Source of the DNA: Euryarchaeota archaeon UBA486
GTDB lineage: Archaea; Thermoplasmatota; Poseidoniia; Poseidoniales; Poseidoniaceae
DNA: 64,000 nucleotides
Assembly (NCBI GenBank): GCA_002497765.1
Contig: DAET01000046.1
Location: 88,988 to 152,987 of the forward strand
Reading direction: 5' to 3'
The position numbers and the translations under genes were made by a program. Position 1 is the stretch's first letter, and the number at the start of each line of letters is the position of its first letter. Below are positions 46,374 through 57,222 of the stretch, piece after piece. The notes beneath the pieces were generated by a model. It was not told where the DNA came from, did not search any database, and was given only the letters and a program-made list of their open reading frames with translations.

Positions 46374-47297
46374 ATGAGCGTCCTGATCGTTGGTAGCATC
46401 GCATACGATTCGGTGGAATCGCCCGCCGGTTCCGTCGACAAGGCGTTGGGAGGTTCGGCCACCTACGGCGGACTGTCTTGCCGTTTCGTTCAGTCCCTCC
46501 ACGGTTCAAGCACCACGGGTTTGGTCGGTGTCGTGGGCGAAGATTTCGCACCCGAAGACCGAGCGTTGCTCGCTTCGGCCGGGTTGAACCTCGAAGGGTT
46601 GGAGGTCGCACCCGGTGAGACCTTTCGTTGGGAGGGTGCCTACCACGGCTCGATGGCCGAGGCAGAAACCCGCGCCACCTACCTCAACGTGTTCGAACAT
46701 TTCCAGCCGGCCGTCCCCGACGGGCTTCAGGCACCGGCGGTCTTGTTCTGTGCCAACTTGCACCCGGAGATTCAGCGGAGCGTGATTGACCAAACCGAGG
46801 CCAAGCGATTGACCATGTTGGATTCGATGAACCTGTGGATCACCATCGCCAAGCCATCCCTGCTCGAAGTCATGGGTGCGGTTGACCTTGTCATCATCAA
46901 CGACGGCGAGGCCCGCATGCTGACGGGCGACGACAACCTCATTCGAGCCATGCATGCCTTGGCCGAGCAAACGAACACATCGACCTTGATCGTCAAGCGT
47001 GGTGAGCACGGTGTGGTCGCCCTCCACGACGGTGCGCTGCTGGCCTTGCCCGCTGTGCCTACGGCGTCCGTGGTTGATCCCACGGGATGCGGCGATACCT
47101 TCGCAGGTGCTTTGGCGGCCCACCTTTCTCAGCGAGAAGGCGTCGTCAGTCTTGACGAACTTCGTGAAGGGTTGATGGGGGCCACTGTGATGGCCAGCTT
47201 CACCCTCGAAGCGTTCGGTACAGGAGCGCTCACCTCCGTCAACGAGGGCGATTACCTGCAGCGGCTCGCCGAATACAAGGCCATGCTTGGGCACTGA
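46374..47297 (+). CDS. PfkB-family carbohydrate kinase
   Basis: …VVDPTGCGDTFAGALAAHL… (PfkB signature 2); GG motif near the N-terminus. Confidence 0.75.
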   Translation: MSVLIVGSIAYDSVESPAGSVDKALGGSATYGGLSCRFVQSLHGSSTTGLVGVVGEDFAPEDRALLASAGLNLEGLEVAPGETFRWEGAYHGSMAEAETRATYLNVFEHFQPAVPDGLQAPAVLFCANLHPEIQRSVIDQTEAKRLTMLDSMNLWITIAKPSLLEVMGAVDLVIINDGEARMLTGDDNLIRAMHALAEQTNTSTLIVKRGEHGVVALHDGALLALPAVPTASVVDPTGCGDTFAGALAAHLSQREGVVSLDELREGLMGATVMASFTLEAFGTGALTSVNEGDYLQRLAEYKAMLGH

Positions 47298-48815
47298 TCA
47301 ATCATCGTCCAAGCGAGGGAGTTGAACGCTTTCCTCCTCGACCGTGCTGGAACGAAGGTCGCTGAACGACATGGACGCCAAGCGACCTTCTTCGGACTGA
47401 CTGAGTTCGTTGGCGGTCGCGAGAAGTTGTGTCCCGATTTCACTGAGCCGTGCAGCTTCTTCAGGCGCCATCACGCCACCTTGATCGGATGAAAGGGAAT
47501 TCATGACATGTTGCGTGCGGTTGGCCGGTGTGGAGGCTTCGGTCTGCTCTCGAAGAGCACCCGACGTCTCCGTGGTCGCATACGGGCTTGGCCGGACGAT
47601 GTTTGAAGCGCGCTCAAGCACGCTGCTTGACGTGTCTCGGATACGAGAAAACACGGTTCCTCCTCGCCTTGCTTTGGGTCGCAAGGTTTCGGTTCGACGT
47701 GGGCGGAATGGCGAATCTTCGATGGTGGCGGGGGTTTTTGGCCTCAGCAGCGATGGTGTTTGTTCCACGGGAGACGCCACAGCTTGGGTCGCAGCCTGGA
47801 TGTCCTCCAGTTCTTCTTCCACGTCGTCCAAGAGGCCGTCCAGCATTTCTGCATCCAACACGAGGTCGTCCTCGGTCGTCTGAGGCTCCTCAGGTGGCTG
47901 CTGACCAGGGATGTGCGCACCGTCCTGGCTGAAGAACGACGGCAAGAAGGAACCGGGTCCATGTTGCTGAATGCCCTGATACATGGGCGGCGTGGGATGG
48001 GGGATGAGCACCGGGTTGTTCACGGGAGCAGGTCGGTGGTCAGGGGGGTAGGCTGTGGTTTGCACGGCACCGTGGACGGGCTGGAAACTGGAAATGTAGC
48101 CGACAACAGGCTGAGGAGGGACAGGCTCAGGTTCGAGCGTTGGCATCCATTCGGGCTCAATCTCCCGTTGTTGTTCGACGGGCTCGATGCCTTCGTCGGC
48201 GGCCAGGAAGCGTTCGAGGGCTTGCGGTGCCTGCAGAGGGTTGGGCAAAATTGGTGCGGGTGGGACCTGAGCCTCTCTCCACGAGGTTCCACCCTCCGCT
48301 TCAATGGCTTGGAGTTTGGCTCGAACTTCGGCCATTGAATTGTTGTTGGCGAGGTGATGGAACATGAAACTGAGACGGTTGAGGTCCCGTTCGTTTCCGA
48401 AGAGAACATGGGAGTCACCCGACGAGGTGTGAATGCTCAACGTTGGCTTTCGCGTCAAAAATCGGCCGACGATGAGGGCGCTTCCTGCACCGATGAACCC
48501 CAGCCTGTAAGTTGGCGGCACCACCAGTCGATAGCCGATCCATACCAAGGCGAGACCGAGCACCACCAACCACGGAGGCACGAGGTTTGAGGAGTGGTGA
48601 CGCATGGTGGTGATGGCCTGTAGTCGCATGTCCACGGTGGCGTTCCGCTTCCCTTCGATGCTCAGCATGCGCTCATCCAAGGTGATTTTCACCCGTTCTG
48701 AAGGCTCTGCCAACCGGAGGGACAGGAAGATTTCCTGTTCCATCTCGCTGGTTGGTACAGTCCCCTGCCCAATCTCGCGCATCCCAAATCCGAGCCGGTT
48801 GTCTGAGGTTATCAA
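47298..48815 (-). CDS. Membrane protein with N-terminal bacterial-PH-like domain, two TM helices and a long Pro/Gln/Glu-rich disordered C-terminal region (hypothetical)
   Basis: TM helices LVPPWLVVLGLALVWIGY and LGFIGAGSALIVGRF; low-complexity region …PEPVPPQPVV…PPEEPQTTEDD…. Confidence 0.4.
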   Translation of the reverse strand: MITSDNRLGFGMREIGQGTVPTSEMEQEIFLSLRLAEPSERVKITLDERMLSIEGKRNATVDMRLQAITTMRHHSSNLVPPWLVVLGLALVWIGYRLVVPPTYRLGFIGAGSALIVGRFLTRKPTLSIHTSSGDSHVLFGNERDLNRLSFMFHHLANNNSMAEVRAKLQAIEAEGGTSWREAQVPPAPILPNPLQAPQALERFLAADEGIEPVEQQREIEPEWMPTLEPEPVPPQPVVGYISSFQPVHGAVQTTAYPPDHRPAPVNNPVLIPHPTPPMYQGIQQHGPGSFLPSFFSQDGAHIPGQQPPEEPQTTEDDLVLDAEMLDGLLDDVEEELEDIQAATQAVASPVEQTPSLLRPKTPATIEDSPFRPRRTETLRPKARRGGTVFSRIRDTSSSVLERASNIVRPSPYATTETSGALREQTEASTPANRTQHVMNSLSSDQGGVMAPEEAARLSEIGTQLLATANELSQSEEGRLASMSFSDLRSSTVEEESVQLPRLDDD

Positions 48816-48872
48816 ACCACCGATGATGGTCCGGCATGACCGCCGGAAAAAATGGCGAGGACCCGGTCGCCG

Positions 48873-49931
48873 TCAGGCATCGTTTCGCACCAGAACGGCT
48901 GAACCCATGATGCGGGGTTTTGAGTCGAGTTGGGCGATGAGCACCGAGGGCGGGTTGTCCTTTCGAATGAACAGCGGTTGGTCCCAATCGACCACGAGCG
49001 ATTCACTGGATGCATTGGCCACACGACCCACGACAAACTGGAGATCCACGCTGGCGTGAATCACATCGCCTTTGGTCAGCACCCGCTTTTGGAACGGCGA
49101 AGTCGTCAGCTGAACGGTCGAGCGTTGGTGCTGTTCAACGGCCAGCGGCACGGAGAGGTTGGCTCGCTTGTCTTCCACAGGTGGGTGAACGATGATGGTG
49201 CCTCCCGTCAGGTGTTCTTCCTTGGCGTTGCGGAGTGCCAGGCCGACTCGGTCGCCTGCGCTGGCCACATCAACATCGTCGTCCATGACCTGGAGCGATT
49301 TGGCGTTCCCCGTGCCGTTGGCCGGCAGGAGCAACACCTCGTCGTGGACGTTGACCTTGCCGGATTGAACGTAGCCAATGGCCACCAAACCGATGCCTTT
49401 GACATTGAAATGCTGGTCAACGGGGAGCACGAGAGGGGCATTGGCGTTGGCTTCCAGCACGCCTTGGATCTCGTCCATCAGGGCGTACATTCGTTCACGA
49501 AGGTGGACGCCGTCGTTGCGCTCAAAGGTCCACGCTTCAAGCCCGGCTTGTTTGAACAGCATCTTGACTTGGTCTTCGTCGACCCAACCGCCATCGGGCG
49601 GGTTGACCACGGCCAAGCCTCGCTTGATGCCGGCGCTGGCGAAGGCGACCAAGACTTCGCCCAGCGAGGCGTCCACGGCGGTCACTTCGATGATGCCGGC
49701 GTGAGAGGTCGACAGGGCGTTGAGGAACGGCGGGAGTCGCTCGGGGTATTTGGCGGGACGAATGAGCGAGAGAATGCGTGCCCCGTCCGGACCGCTCTCT
49801 TTGTTGACGTACGTATGAACGTCTCGTTGGTCGGCCGCTTTCGCGATGCTTCGAGCCAGTTCATCCGAGGCGATCACAGCAACGTTGAGCACGACCATGG
49901 AGCGCCGAGATGGCAGCGATTGAAGAACCAA
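48873..49931 (-). CDS. EF-Tu/EF1A-like protein with degenerate GTPase domain (translation-factor-family pseudo-GTPase); domain II beta-barrel conserved
   Basis: Domain II pattern …PLVLPVDQHFNVKGIGLVAIGYVQSGKVNVHDEVLLLP…AGDRVGLALRN… aligns to EF-Tu domain 2. G1 (GxxxxGK[ST]) and G3 (DxPGH) motifs are absent or altered (…VAVIASDELARS…, …VDASLGE…, …VVNPPD…). Confidence 0.5.
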   Translation of the reverse strand: MVLQSLPSRRSMVVLNVAVIASDELARSIAKAADQRDVHTYVNKESGPDGARILSLIRPAKYPERLPPFLNALSTSHAGIIEVTAVDASLGEVLVAFASAGIKRGLAVVNPPDGGWVDEDQVKMLFKQAGLEAWTFERNDGVHLRERMYALMDEIQGVLEANANAPLVLPVDQHFNVKGIGLVAIGYVQSGKVNVHDEVLLLPANGTGNAKSLQVMDDDVDVASAGDRVGLALRNAKEEHLTGGTIIVHPPVEDKRANLSVPLAVEQHQRSTVQLTTSPFQKRVLTKGDVIHASVDLQFVVGRVANASSESLVVDWDQPLFIRKDNPPSVLIAQLDSKPRIMGSAVLVRNDA

Positions 49932-49938
49932 TGGGTGG

Positions 49939-50448
49939 TCAGGCTTCTCGCTTGGCTTTCTGCGCCAGCATGTTGTCGCGAATGGCCTTGGCCTTCTCCC
50001 ACTCGGCTTGCTCCTCCTCGGATTCGGGGGTGAATTGAGGTACAGGGATGGGTCGCATCATGGAATCAATGGCCACGAAAAAGAAGTAACCTTCGCAAAT
50101 AATGCTTTTTTCCCAGGTGGCCTTGCTCATCGTGTAGGCCGTCACCTTGGTGCACGCCGTATGGCTGCTGGTGTAGACCACTTGGCCGGACACCTCCAAC
50201 AGGTCGCCTTGCCGTGCCGGAGCGATGAAGGTCAGTGTGTCGATGGAGATGGTGACAAATTCACGATGCGCAAACTTGGCACAGGCGATGCCGCCCGCTT
50301 TGTCCATAAGGGAAAGAAGCCGCCCACCAAAGAGGGTGTTGTAGGCGTTGGTGTCCTGAGGAAACACCTCTTCGATGAGCGTCACTGGTTCGGTTGAGTA
50401 GGGCTCCATGACCCTTCCAAGCCGTTCACCCTCATAACTCATCTTCAC
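49939..50448 (-). CDS. Acyl-CoA thioesterase (hotdog fold, YciA/ACOT-like)
   Basis: …VFPQDTNAYNTLFGGRLLSLMDKAGGIAC…. Confidence 0.7.
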   Translation of the reverse strand: MKMSYEGERLGRVMEPYSTEPVTLIEEVFPQDTNAYNTLFGGRLLSLMDKAGGIACAKFAHREFVTISIDTLTFIAPARQGDLLEVSGQVVYTSSHTACTKVTAYTMSKATWEKSIICEGYFFFVAIDSMMRPIPVPQFTPESEEEQAEWEKAKAIRDNMLAQKAKREA

Positions 50449-50540
50449 CGTGCGGGGAAGATGTGCAGAAAACGGCGATGATGTCTTGAAAGCGACGAGA
50501 TTTTAGGGGGACAAACCTTCGCAGAGGTGCAGGTGACACC

Positions 50541-53500
50541 ATGTCAAATCAAACGCACCCGAAAACAAAGCCAATTTTCCTGATGTTGTTGATGCTTCTC
50601 GCTCCGTTTGCCTCCGCCAACGTTACCACGTTCGCTGACGGCAGTTCGGAGGTTGACATCGAAATCCGAGACGGGAACGATCTCGAAAATCTCGTGGATG
50701 GAGCGATTAACCTTCCCGACGGTGAAACGGTCACCGGGGCTTCGATGATCATCCACACCAAGATGGTTGAGCACGGTGCTCACTCCCGCATTGACCTCGA
50801 AACCACCCAGCGCGTCTGGAACCCCCAATACAACAACCAGCTCACGGAATTTTCCGACGAGTCCCTCTTCCAATACGAGGACGGCACCCAAGCCACACCT
50901 GTATCCCTCGTTTCCGAAGGCTTCCTGACCGACTTTGAGGGCACCAATGGTGGCTTTACCGATTCAACCAATCCTTCCTCCATGCCGTCCAGCGGCATCG
51001 GTTGGGAGCACGGGTCGCTCTCTGCGACCGACATTCCCGGCGGCTGCGCTTCGGGCCAGGAGTGTTGGGGGACCAACCTCGCCGACACCAATTACACCGA
51101 TGACAACGACGACGGCAACACGCCGCCTTCGTACCTCCCCTTCGTCGTCGCCATGACCAGCACCGACCTGTTCGTTGATCCGCTCCTCAAGAGCAAAACA
51201 GCCTTCTTTGATTCATGGTGGAACCTGGAAACTTCCACCGGCTCCCAACCGAACAGCAAACGTTTCTCTGATTGCGGCTACCTTCAGATTCGTTCCTCGC
51301 CCAACCCCGGCTTCCCTCCCGACGACAGCGGTTTTCAGGTCATCGCATTCGACCAGCAAGCCAGCACCGGTTTGGTGTACGGCACCAACTACGCTCAAGG
51401 CGGCGGCTCTGGAAACAACTGGGACGGCAAGATCACCAGCAACTGTGGCGGCCTGCAAAACGGTAGCCAGTGGGAGTGGGGTCTTGCCGGTTCCTCCACC
51501 ACGGCCCAAAACCCCACGGGCTGGAACAATCTCGCCGTCGATTTGACGGATTACATCGACGAGTACGTTCAACTTCGCTTCGTGCTTCACCACACCGGTC
51601 GTTCCGCCATGAACATCGACGACAACATGTCGGGCTGGTACGTCGACAACTTCCGATTGGGCGACCTCTTGCCTCAGAGCGCCAGCATGACCGTTCGTGG
51701 CATGACGCCGTCAACTTTGGGCGGCGAAAACCATCCCAACGGCTACGGCATTCTCACCGTCGAAGCCGAGACCTCCCTTTCGGCTACGCTGACCGTCGAC
51801 GTCCTCGACACCAACAACAACCCTGTCACGGGCAAGGACGGCTCCATGATGACCGGTCTTTCCGGCGACATCATCGAGTTGTGGAACATCGATTCGGCTG
51901 ATTACCGTGCTGTCAATCTAAAGTTCAACTTCGATTCGGGTCCCGACCGACTCTCAACGCCGATTCTCCACGGTTTCAGCATCGGTTCTCGCGTCGGAAC
52001 TGGATTCAACTTCTCGGCGATCGGACCGGTTCAAATCGATGGCGGCATTTGGCAAACGATGGGCGGTGGAGAGCCGATGATCTACGTTCCGAACCTGAAA
52101 CGAGACGCCTACACACCAGCGCTCGAGCGCAGCAAATTCAGCTACCCCATCACGGCCATGACGCCAGTCATCCAAGACGACTGCAGCGAATCGCCGTCCA
52201 TTGAGATCACGCCCACCGGTCAAACCACCAGTATCAGTGTCGAAAACGGCGTCAGGTCCACGTTCGATGATCCGCTGTTTGGCTTCAACGCCGTGACCTC
52301 GTATCTTGGGCCGTGCGACGTTGGTGGCATTTGGTTCGACTTGGAATTCGGACATCACGCCAAGAACGTTGAAATCGACGTGGCCAACGATGGCGATGTC
52401 GACTACGGCTTCACCGAGCCAGCGTTTGACATGTTTGGACGCCAAACCAAGTTCGTCTCGGGTACCGTTGACGGCGTCAACTACGCCGCCGATGACGCCA
52501 CCCTCACCCTTGGCGTGAACGGTCAAGCGACCGGGGGCTTCTTCCTCCTGCCCGAAGGGGCTGACATTACGGCCGCCGATTTCGGTATGGACCAAATTTC
52601 CATTCGCTCGAACAGTGACCCGACCGAAGGCTTCGAACTCACACTCATGGCAGGTTCCCAATCCGTTGTGCTTGGCGACATGCCCAACAGCACCACGCTG
52701 GTTCAAGAGATGCTCAACCAGCCGATGGACTTCGTCGGCGCTCTGCAGAGCCTGATGACCAACCCCTCCGTTGCAGGGACGCATCAGGACGAATTCGGCC
52801 GCTACTGGGTCATGCTCCGCTTCATGGTTGACTCGCCAAACGCCTCCTCGGGAACTTCGTTGGACATCGTCGACCTTGACATCGTCTACGATTACGGTAC
52901 CACCCTTGACGAGACCGACGGCTTTGACCTCGAACTCAATCAGGGCGTTGCCTTGTGGACCGGTGGCGCAACCGCAACGGTCCCCGTCGCAGTGTCCAGT
53001 TCCACCGGTGGCGGTGTGATGTTGAGCGACCTGAGCGTCTCCTCCAGCACCGGCTACAGCAACACGCTGACCCTCACCGACAACCCGGTGGGCTTGTACC
53101 CCAACGGCGACATCTATGAGGTGGTCACCACACACGCTGTCGACCCGTTGACCGGCACTTCGCTGGCTGAGGCATGGCTGACCTTTGAGTCCGAATCTGG
53201 CTACATCAAGCTCTCGTGGAGCGATTTCATGTCCTTCGCTGAAGCCAGCGACGAACACGACCACATCCAACTCGAATCCACGTCCTCGGTGGCGGACATC
53301 ACCAACGGCAAGGAGATCACCTGGCACTTCCGTGTCAACCCGACCTGGGACGACACGCCGGCCGTTCGCATGTATGCTGGTCTCACGGCCACCAACGGCG
53401 TCAACGGACTCCCCGACGCTGTGCTGCTTGAACCATCGGTTGGCAACGCCGTGGAAAACGATGCAGGTATCACCTCCTTTGAGTTGCAAAACAGCATCGG

Positions 53501-56411
53501 TGCACCGCAGTCTTTGAGCGGAGCTGAATCGGGACAAGACATCAACCTCATTGGCCAAATCCGCCTTGAGGACCTGAACGAAGCACCCGACCCCTCCTCC
53601 TACTTCCTCACGCTTGAGTTGAAGCACGTCAACACGACCGACGGCAACATCACGGTTGAGTGGGAAGAGGTGGCGAACCGCTCGGGTGTCATCGGCGGCG
53701 ACTTCAACTGGAACGTTGACCTTGGTGCCGCAGCCGGCAGCGAAACCTACCGCTTCGCCGCACGTGGATACGAAGGTGGTGAACTGCTGTGCCCGCCCTC
53801 GCAGTACAACCCCGACGAAACCTGTGCCATTCCGTTCGACATCACCATCGACACCTACGAGCCGAACCTGCTCGACCTTCAGGTGCTGAGTCCCGGAACC
53901 GACGCCAACGTCGACTCCAACTGGCGAACCCTGCTTGACGACACATGGGTGGTTCCACAGGCGAACCAGCAAATTCGCATGTCGAGCCAAGACTTGCCAA
54001 GCCCGCCTGCCACGCTTGACCTCCATCTTTGGGTTGAGAACGACCACGATACGAACAGCGACGGTCTGCCCGATGCAGATGAATACATCACCATCACCCT
54101 CAACGGCGACGGCGAAGCACCAACGGCCAATTATTCTGGCAACTACAACGACTTGGCCAACGAAGGCTTGGAAGGGAAGGTGTCACTCTGGATTGAAGGG
54201 TACGACCTTGCAGGCAACCCCATTGACGGTGGCGGTCCCGGCTTTGACAACGACCGGGTTACCTACGTCTCCATGTCGTCCAAGACGCCAGTGATTCGTA
54301 ACTTCTTCATCGAGGATTCGAAGGGAAGCAGTTTCCTCAACTCCAACGAACTTCAGTGGGACGGTACGTGGAACCAAACCATGTACGCCGGCAACACCTA
54401 CCACCTCATCCTTGAGGCCAGTGATGACAACGGTTGGCGCGACGTTGACTTCTTCCAAGTCAACCTTGACAAGACCGCTGATGACATGACCGTGTGGTAC
54501 TTCCCACGCAATCAAACCGCCTGGACCGACAGCCCTCACATCGATATCGTGTACGACGAGGACGTTGCGCCCTCCATGTTGACCATGGACAACACGGCCC
54601 TCATCGACCCCTTCGAATCCGATTTCATTCTGAACATCCCGATTCGAATTGATTGGGGCATCGTTGGTCTTGACGGCAAGGACATCGAGCCCAAGTTGCA
54701 AATGCAGGATCTTGACAACCCGCTCTACACGATGCTCTCGGGTGTCCCAGGCCGCTACATCCAGATTTGGCGATACAGCGACGGCATCCAACTTGACTTC
54801 CGTACCGACGAGGTGAACAACCTCATGGTTACCCCGATGTTTGAAGACGCCAGTGCACCGTTCACCAGTGACGTTCGCCAAGGGTTCATCTTTGCCGGCG
54901 ACACCGTGCAGTTCACCGGTCAGTTCGCCTTCCGCGAGGGTATCTTTGACAGCGTCTACATCAACCCCGAAGTTGAATTGACGCTGGAAATCACCCGTGA
55001 GGACGCTGCAGAGGATTTCAACAAGGGCTACATCGCTACACCGGGTGAAGTCATCACGCACACCTTCACCGGCGGCGTGTTTGACATCAACATCACAGCA
55101 CCGGTGTTCACCAACGAATACACCTACACGTACAAGCTGATCAACCTGCCCGACGGTGCTGAAGACTTCACGGCAGCGCTTTGCGCCACGTCGACGTCCT
55201 ACGGTTGCGGTGAATTCACCCTCAAGGTCGACCGAACACCGCCCGAGGTGTTGCCCAACACGTGGCTCGCCGAGAAGGGCGCCCTGCCGGCCGGTGCAAA
55301 CGACCGCATCATTGCCAACACCCTGTCCACGGCCAACTACCATTGCGTTGACATTCAGGCCCAAATCAAGGAGCAGGAAGCCATGTTCCCCGGCGACCTC
55401 CAGGTTAACTGGATGTTCTACAGCAACACCATCGACTACACGCCGTGGTCTGAATACGCCGAATACTTCGGATTTGAGCCCTCCTCAGCCACCTTGTCGC
55501 TGAGCACCCTCAGCGGTGGCTACTTGGCAACGGCGACCTGCCTCGACCTGTGGCCGCTGTCCGACAACGAGCCACGTGTCTTTGACGCCGAGGTCAACGA
55601 AGCCAACCAGCCCACGGTCGTGTTCTGGATTTCAGGTGCTGACTCCGCGGGTTCAACCGTTCGATTGGGCGGTGGAGCGCAAGAGGACGGCAGCGTTCTG
55701 CCCATCTTCTCTGGCCAAGCCCAGCACAAGTCCGAATACACCTTCATTGAAGAGAAGGCCACGTTCGAGATTCAGGACGTGCTCCTAAGCGATGACCCAC
55801 GTGTTGGTGAGAGCATGAAGCTCCGCATCAAGGTCAAGAACACCGGTTCGATGGCCGGTGTGGCCGATTTGGTCATCAAGTCGGTGACCGATGGCGGTAC
55901 CCCGGTGGTTGAAGACACGATCTCCACTCCTGAACTGGGCATCCAAGAGGTCAGCGATTGGGTGGAAGTCACCCTCGCTCCGTTTGCCGCTCAAACCACG
56001 GGCATGTACTACACCATCAGTCTCAACGGCTCCAGCGAAAGCATCTACGATGGCTCCCAAGGCCAGTGGGCCGATGTGTTCAACGTCAAGGTTCAGGCCG
56101 AAGAGGACGGGGGCAACTTGTTGCTCATCGTCATCATCTTGGTCGCTGTCATCGGCGTTCTCGGCACCCTGGTCTTTGTGCTCGCCCGTCGAGGAGGCGG
56201 GGCCTCCATGCTCGATGACGAGTACGAGGAGGAGGACGAGGAAGAGGGCTACGGCGAGACGAAGGTCCTTGCCCAGATTCCTGCCGATGTTGACCCGGAA
56301 ATGGCACGAGCCATGCAGCAGTTCCCGCAGTGGACCCAAGAAGAAATCCAAGGCTACTTCGACCAAGGATGGAACGTTGAGTCCCTTCAGGACTGGGTCA
56401 ACAACCAGTGA
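50541..56411 (+). CDS. Giant (1956 aa) secreted cell-surface protein: signal peptide, long beta-rich Thr/Asn/Asp-rich ectodomain, C-terminal TM anchor + RRGGG + poly-acidic cytoplasmic tail
   Basis: N-terminal KPIFLMLLMLLAPFASA signal; C-terminal LLLIVIILVAVIGVLGTLVFVLA then RRGGGASMLDDEYEEEDEEEGYGE. Confidence 0.7.
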   Translation: MSNQTHPKTKPIFLMLLMLLAPFASANVTTFADGSSEVDIEIRDGNDLENLVDGAINLPDGETVTGASMIIHTKMVEHGAHSRIDLETTQRVWNPQYNNQLTEFSDESLFQYEDGTQATPVSLVSEGFLTDFEGTNGGFTDSTNPSSMPSSGIGWEHGSLSATDIPGGCASGQECWGTNLADTNYTDDNDDGNTPPSYLPFVVAMTSTDLFVDPLLKSKTAFFDSWWNLETSTGSQPNSKRFSDCGYLQIRSSPNPGFPPDDSGFQVIAFDQQASTGLVYGTNYAQGGGSGNNWDGKITSNCGGLQNGSQWEWGLAGSSTTAQNPTGWNNLAVDLTDYIDEYVQLRFVLHHTGRSAMNIDDNMSGWYVDNFRLGDLLPQSASMTVRGMTPSTLGGENHPNGYGILTVEAETSLSATLTVDVLDTNNNPVTGKDGSMMTGLSGDIIELWNIDSADYRAVNLKFNFDSGPDRLSTPILHGFSIGSRVGTGFNFSAIGPVQIDGGIWQTMGGGEPMIYVPNLKRDAYTPALERSKFSYPITAMTPVIQDDCSESPSIEITPTGQTTSISVENGVRSTFDDPLFGFNAVTSYLGPCDVGGIWFDLEFGHHAKNVEIDVANDGDVDYGFTEPAFDMFGRQTKFVSGTVDGVNYAADDATLTLGVNGQATGGFFLLPEGADITAADFGMDQISIRSNSDPTEGFELTLMAGSQSVVLGDMPNSTTLVQEMLNQPMDFVGALQSLMTNPSVAGTHQDEFGRYWVMLRFMVDSPNASSGTSLDIVDLDIVYDYGTTLDETDGFDLELNQGVALWTGGATATVPVAVSSSTGGGVMLSDLSVSSSTGYSNTLTLTDNPVGLYPNGDIYEVVTTHAVDPLTGTSLAEAWLTFESESGYIKLSWSDFMSFAEASDEHDHIQLESTSSVADITNGKEITWHFRVNPTWDDTPAVRMYAGLTATNGVNGLPDAVLLEPSVGNAVENDAGITSFELQNSIGAPQSLSGAESGQDINLIGQIRLEDLNEAPDPSSYFLTLELKHVNTTDGNITVEWEEVANRSGVIGGDFNWNVDLGAAAGSETYRFAARGYEGGELLCPPSQYNPDETCAIPFDITIDTYEPNLLDLQVLSPGTDANVDSNWRTLLDDTWVVPQANQQIRMSSQDLPSPPATLDLHLWVENDHDTNSDGLPDADEYITITLNGDGEAPTANYSGNYNDLANEGLEGKVSLWIEGYDLAGNPIDGGGPGFDNDRVTYVSMSSKTPVIRNFFIEDSKGSSFLNSNELQWDGTWNQTMYAGNTYHLILEASDDNGWRDVDFFQVNLDKTADDMTVWYFPRNQTAWTDSPHIDIVYDEDVAPSMLTMDNTALIDPFESDFILNIPIRIDWGIVGLDGKDIEPKLQMQDLDNPLYTMLSGVPGRYIQIWRYSDGIQLDFRTDEVNNLMVTPMFEDASAPFTSDVRQGFIFAGDTVQFTGQFAFREGIFDSVYINPEVELTLEITREDAAEDFNKGYIATPGEVITHTFTGGVFDINITAPVFTNEYTYTYKLINLPDGAEDFTAALCATSTSYGCGEFTLKVDRTPPEVLPNTWLAEKGALPAGANDRIIANTLSTANYHCVDIQAQIKEQEAMFPGDLQVNWMFYSNTIDYTPWSEYAEYFGFEPSSATLSLSTLSGGYLATATCLDLWPLSDNEPRVFDAEVNEANQPTVVFWISGADSAGSTVRLGGGAQEDGSVLPIFSGQAQHKSEYTFIEEKATFEIQDVLLSDDPRVGESMKLRIKVKNTGSMAGVADLVIKSVTDGGTPVVEDTISTPELGIQEVSDWVEVTLAPFAAQTTGMYYTISLNGSSESIYDGSQGQWADVFNVKVQAEEDGGNLLLIVIILVAVIGVLGTLVFVLARRGGGASMLDDEYEEEDEEEGYGETKVLAQIPADVDPEMARAMQQFPQWTQEEIQGYFDQGWNVESLQDWVNNQ

Positions 56412-56420
56412 GGCCCTTGC

Positions 56421-57221
56421 ATGTCCTCGTTGTGGACCGATACGGTCTGGGAGGACCCTGACGGTGGACGGGTCATCGTTCACGGGACGATGCCAACGGT
56501 GGTGTACCCCAACGCCATGCGACCACGGGCGACCTGGCACGGTTTGGCGCTGCTTGAATCGCCCGATGTCGTTGATCTGTGGATTCAGGAAGAAGCCGAT
56601 GAAGCGGAATCGCAAGGCATCAACCTCACGCACGCGCTGCTCTCCGGCGGGGCCTTCGGCAAATACATCGAAGGCATTGAGACGCTTGAGGCCCTTCAGG
56701 GCGGTCGTTTCCCCGACCCGGAACCCCGCCGGCTTCAACGAAACGCCGACCGGCACGGCCGGGCGGTCTTCTTCATCGAACCCTTGGCCGATGATGAGGA
56801 CTGGGGCGATTACTTGACGCAGGAAGCAAGAGCCGTCTCACACTGGCGAAAATTACTGGGCATGGTACGCGTGGGGAAGCGATGGAAAAAGAGCGTCAAG
56901 CAACATCTGTTCAACGCTCAACCCCCGCCCAAGGGCCAATCCGTGGACTATTCGACAGCGAGCGTGTTGGCCGCTGCTTGGTGGGAGCTTTCTGAGTGGT
57001 TGAGCACGCCCGCTCTCGCCAACCGACGCAACGAGCGCTACGCTGCGCGTGTACGCGGCGCCCTCGCCTCGCTTCGTTCCGACCTTGGCGATGACGCCAC
57101 CCTGCTGCTCGTGGTTCACCAGCCTCATGCAGCGGCCATGGTGAAGGCGCTGGATGCAAACAGGACGGTGGAGGAGATTTCATCAACAGCCACCACCTCC
57201 ACCCACACGGAGGAAGAGTGA
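56421..57221 (+). CDS. Hypothetical protein (266 aa), first of four co-directional genes following the giant surface-protein gene
   Basis: 10 bp after the giant gene stop; no family recognised. Confidence 0.45.
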   Translation: MSSLWTDTVWEDPDGGRVIVHGTMPTVVYPNAMRPRATWHGLALLESPDVVDLWIQEEADEAESQGINLTHALLSGGAFGKYIEGIETLEALQGGRFPDPEPRRLQRNADRHGRAVFFIEPLADDEDWGDYLTQEARAVSHWRKLLGMVRVGKRWKKSVKQHLFNAQPPPKGQSVDYSTASVLAAAWWELSEWLSTPALANRRNERYAARVRGALASLRSDLGDDATLLLVVHQPHAAAMVKALDANRTVEEISSTATTSTHTEEE

Positions 57222-57222
57222 G

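Noticed and set aside
51954-55364. Large minus-strand ORFs (51954..54047, 54183..55364, 55785..56756) inside the giant surface-protein gene
   Set aside because: Antisense to a single continuous 1956-codon ORF with signal peptide and C-terminal anchor; Gly/Val/Asp-rich translations are typical of GC-rich shadow frames
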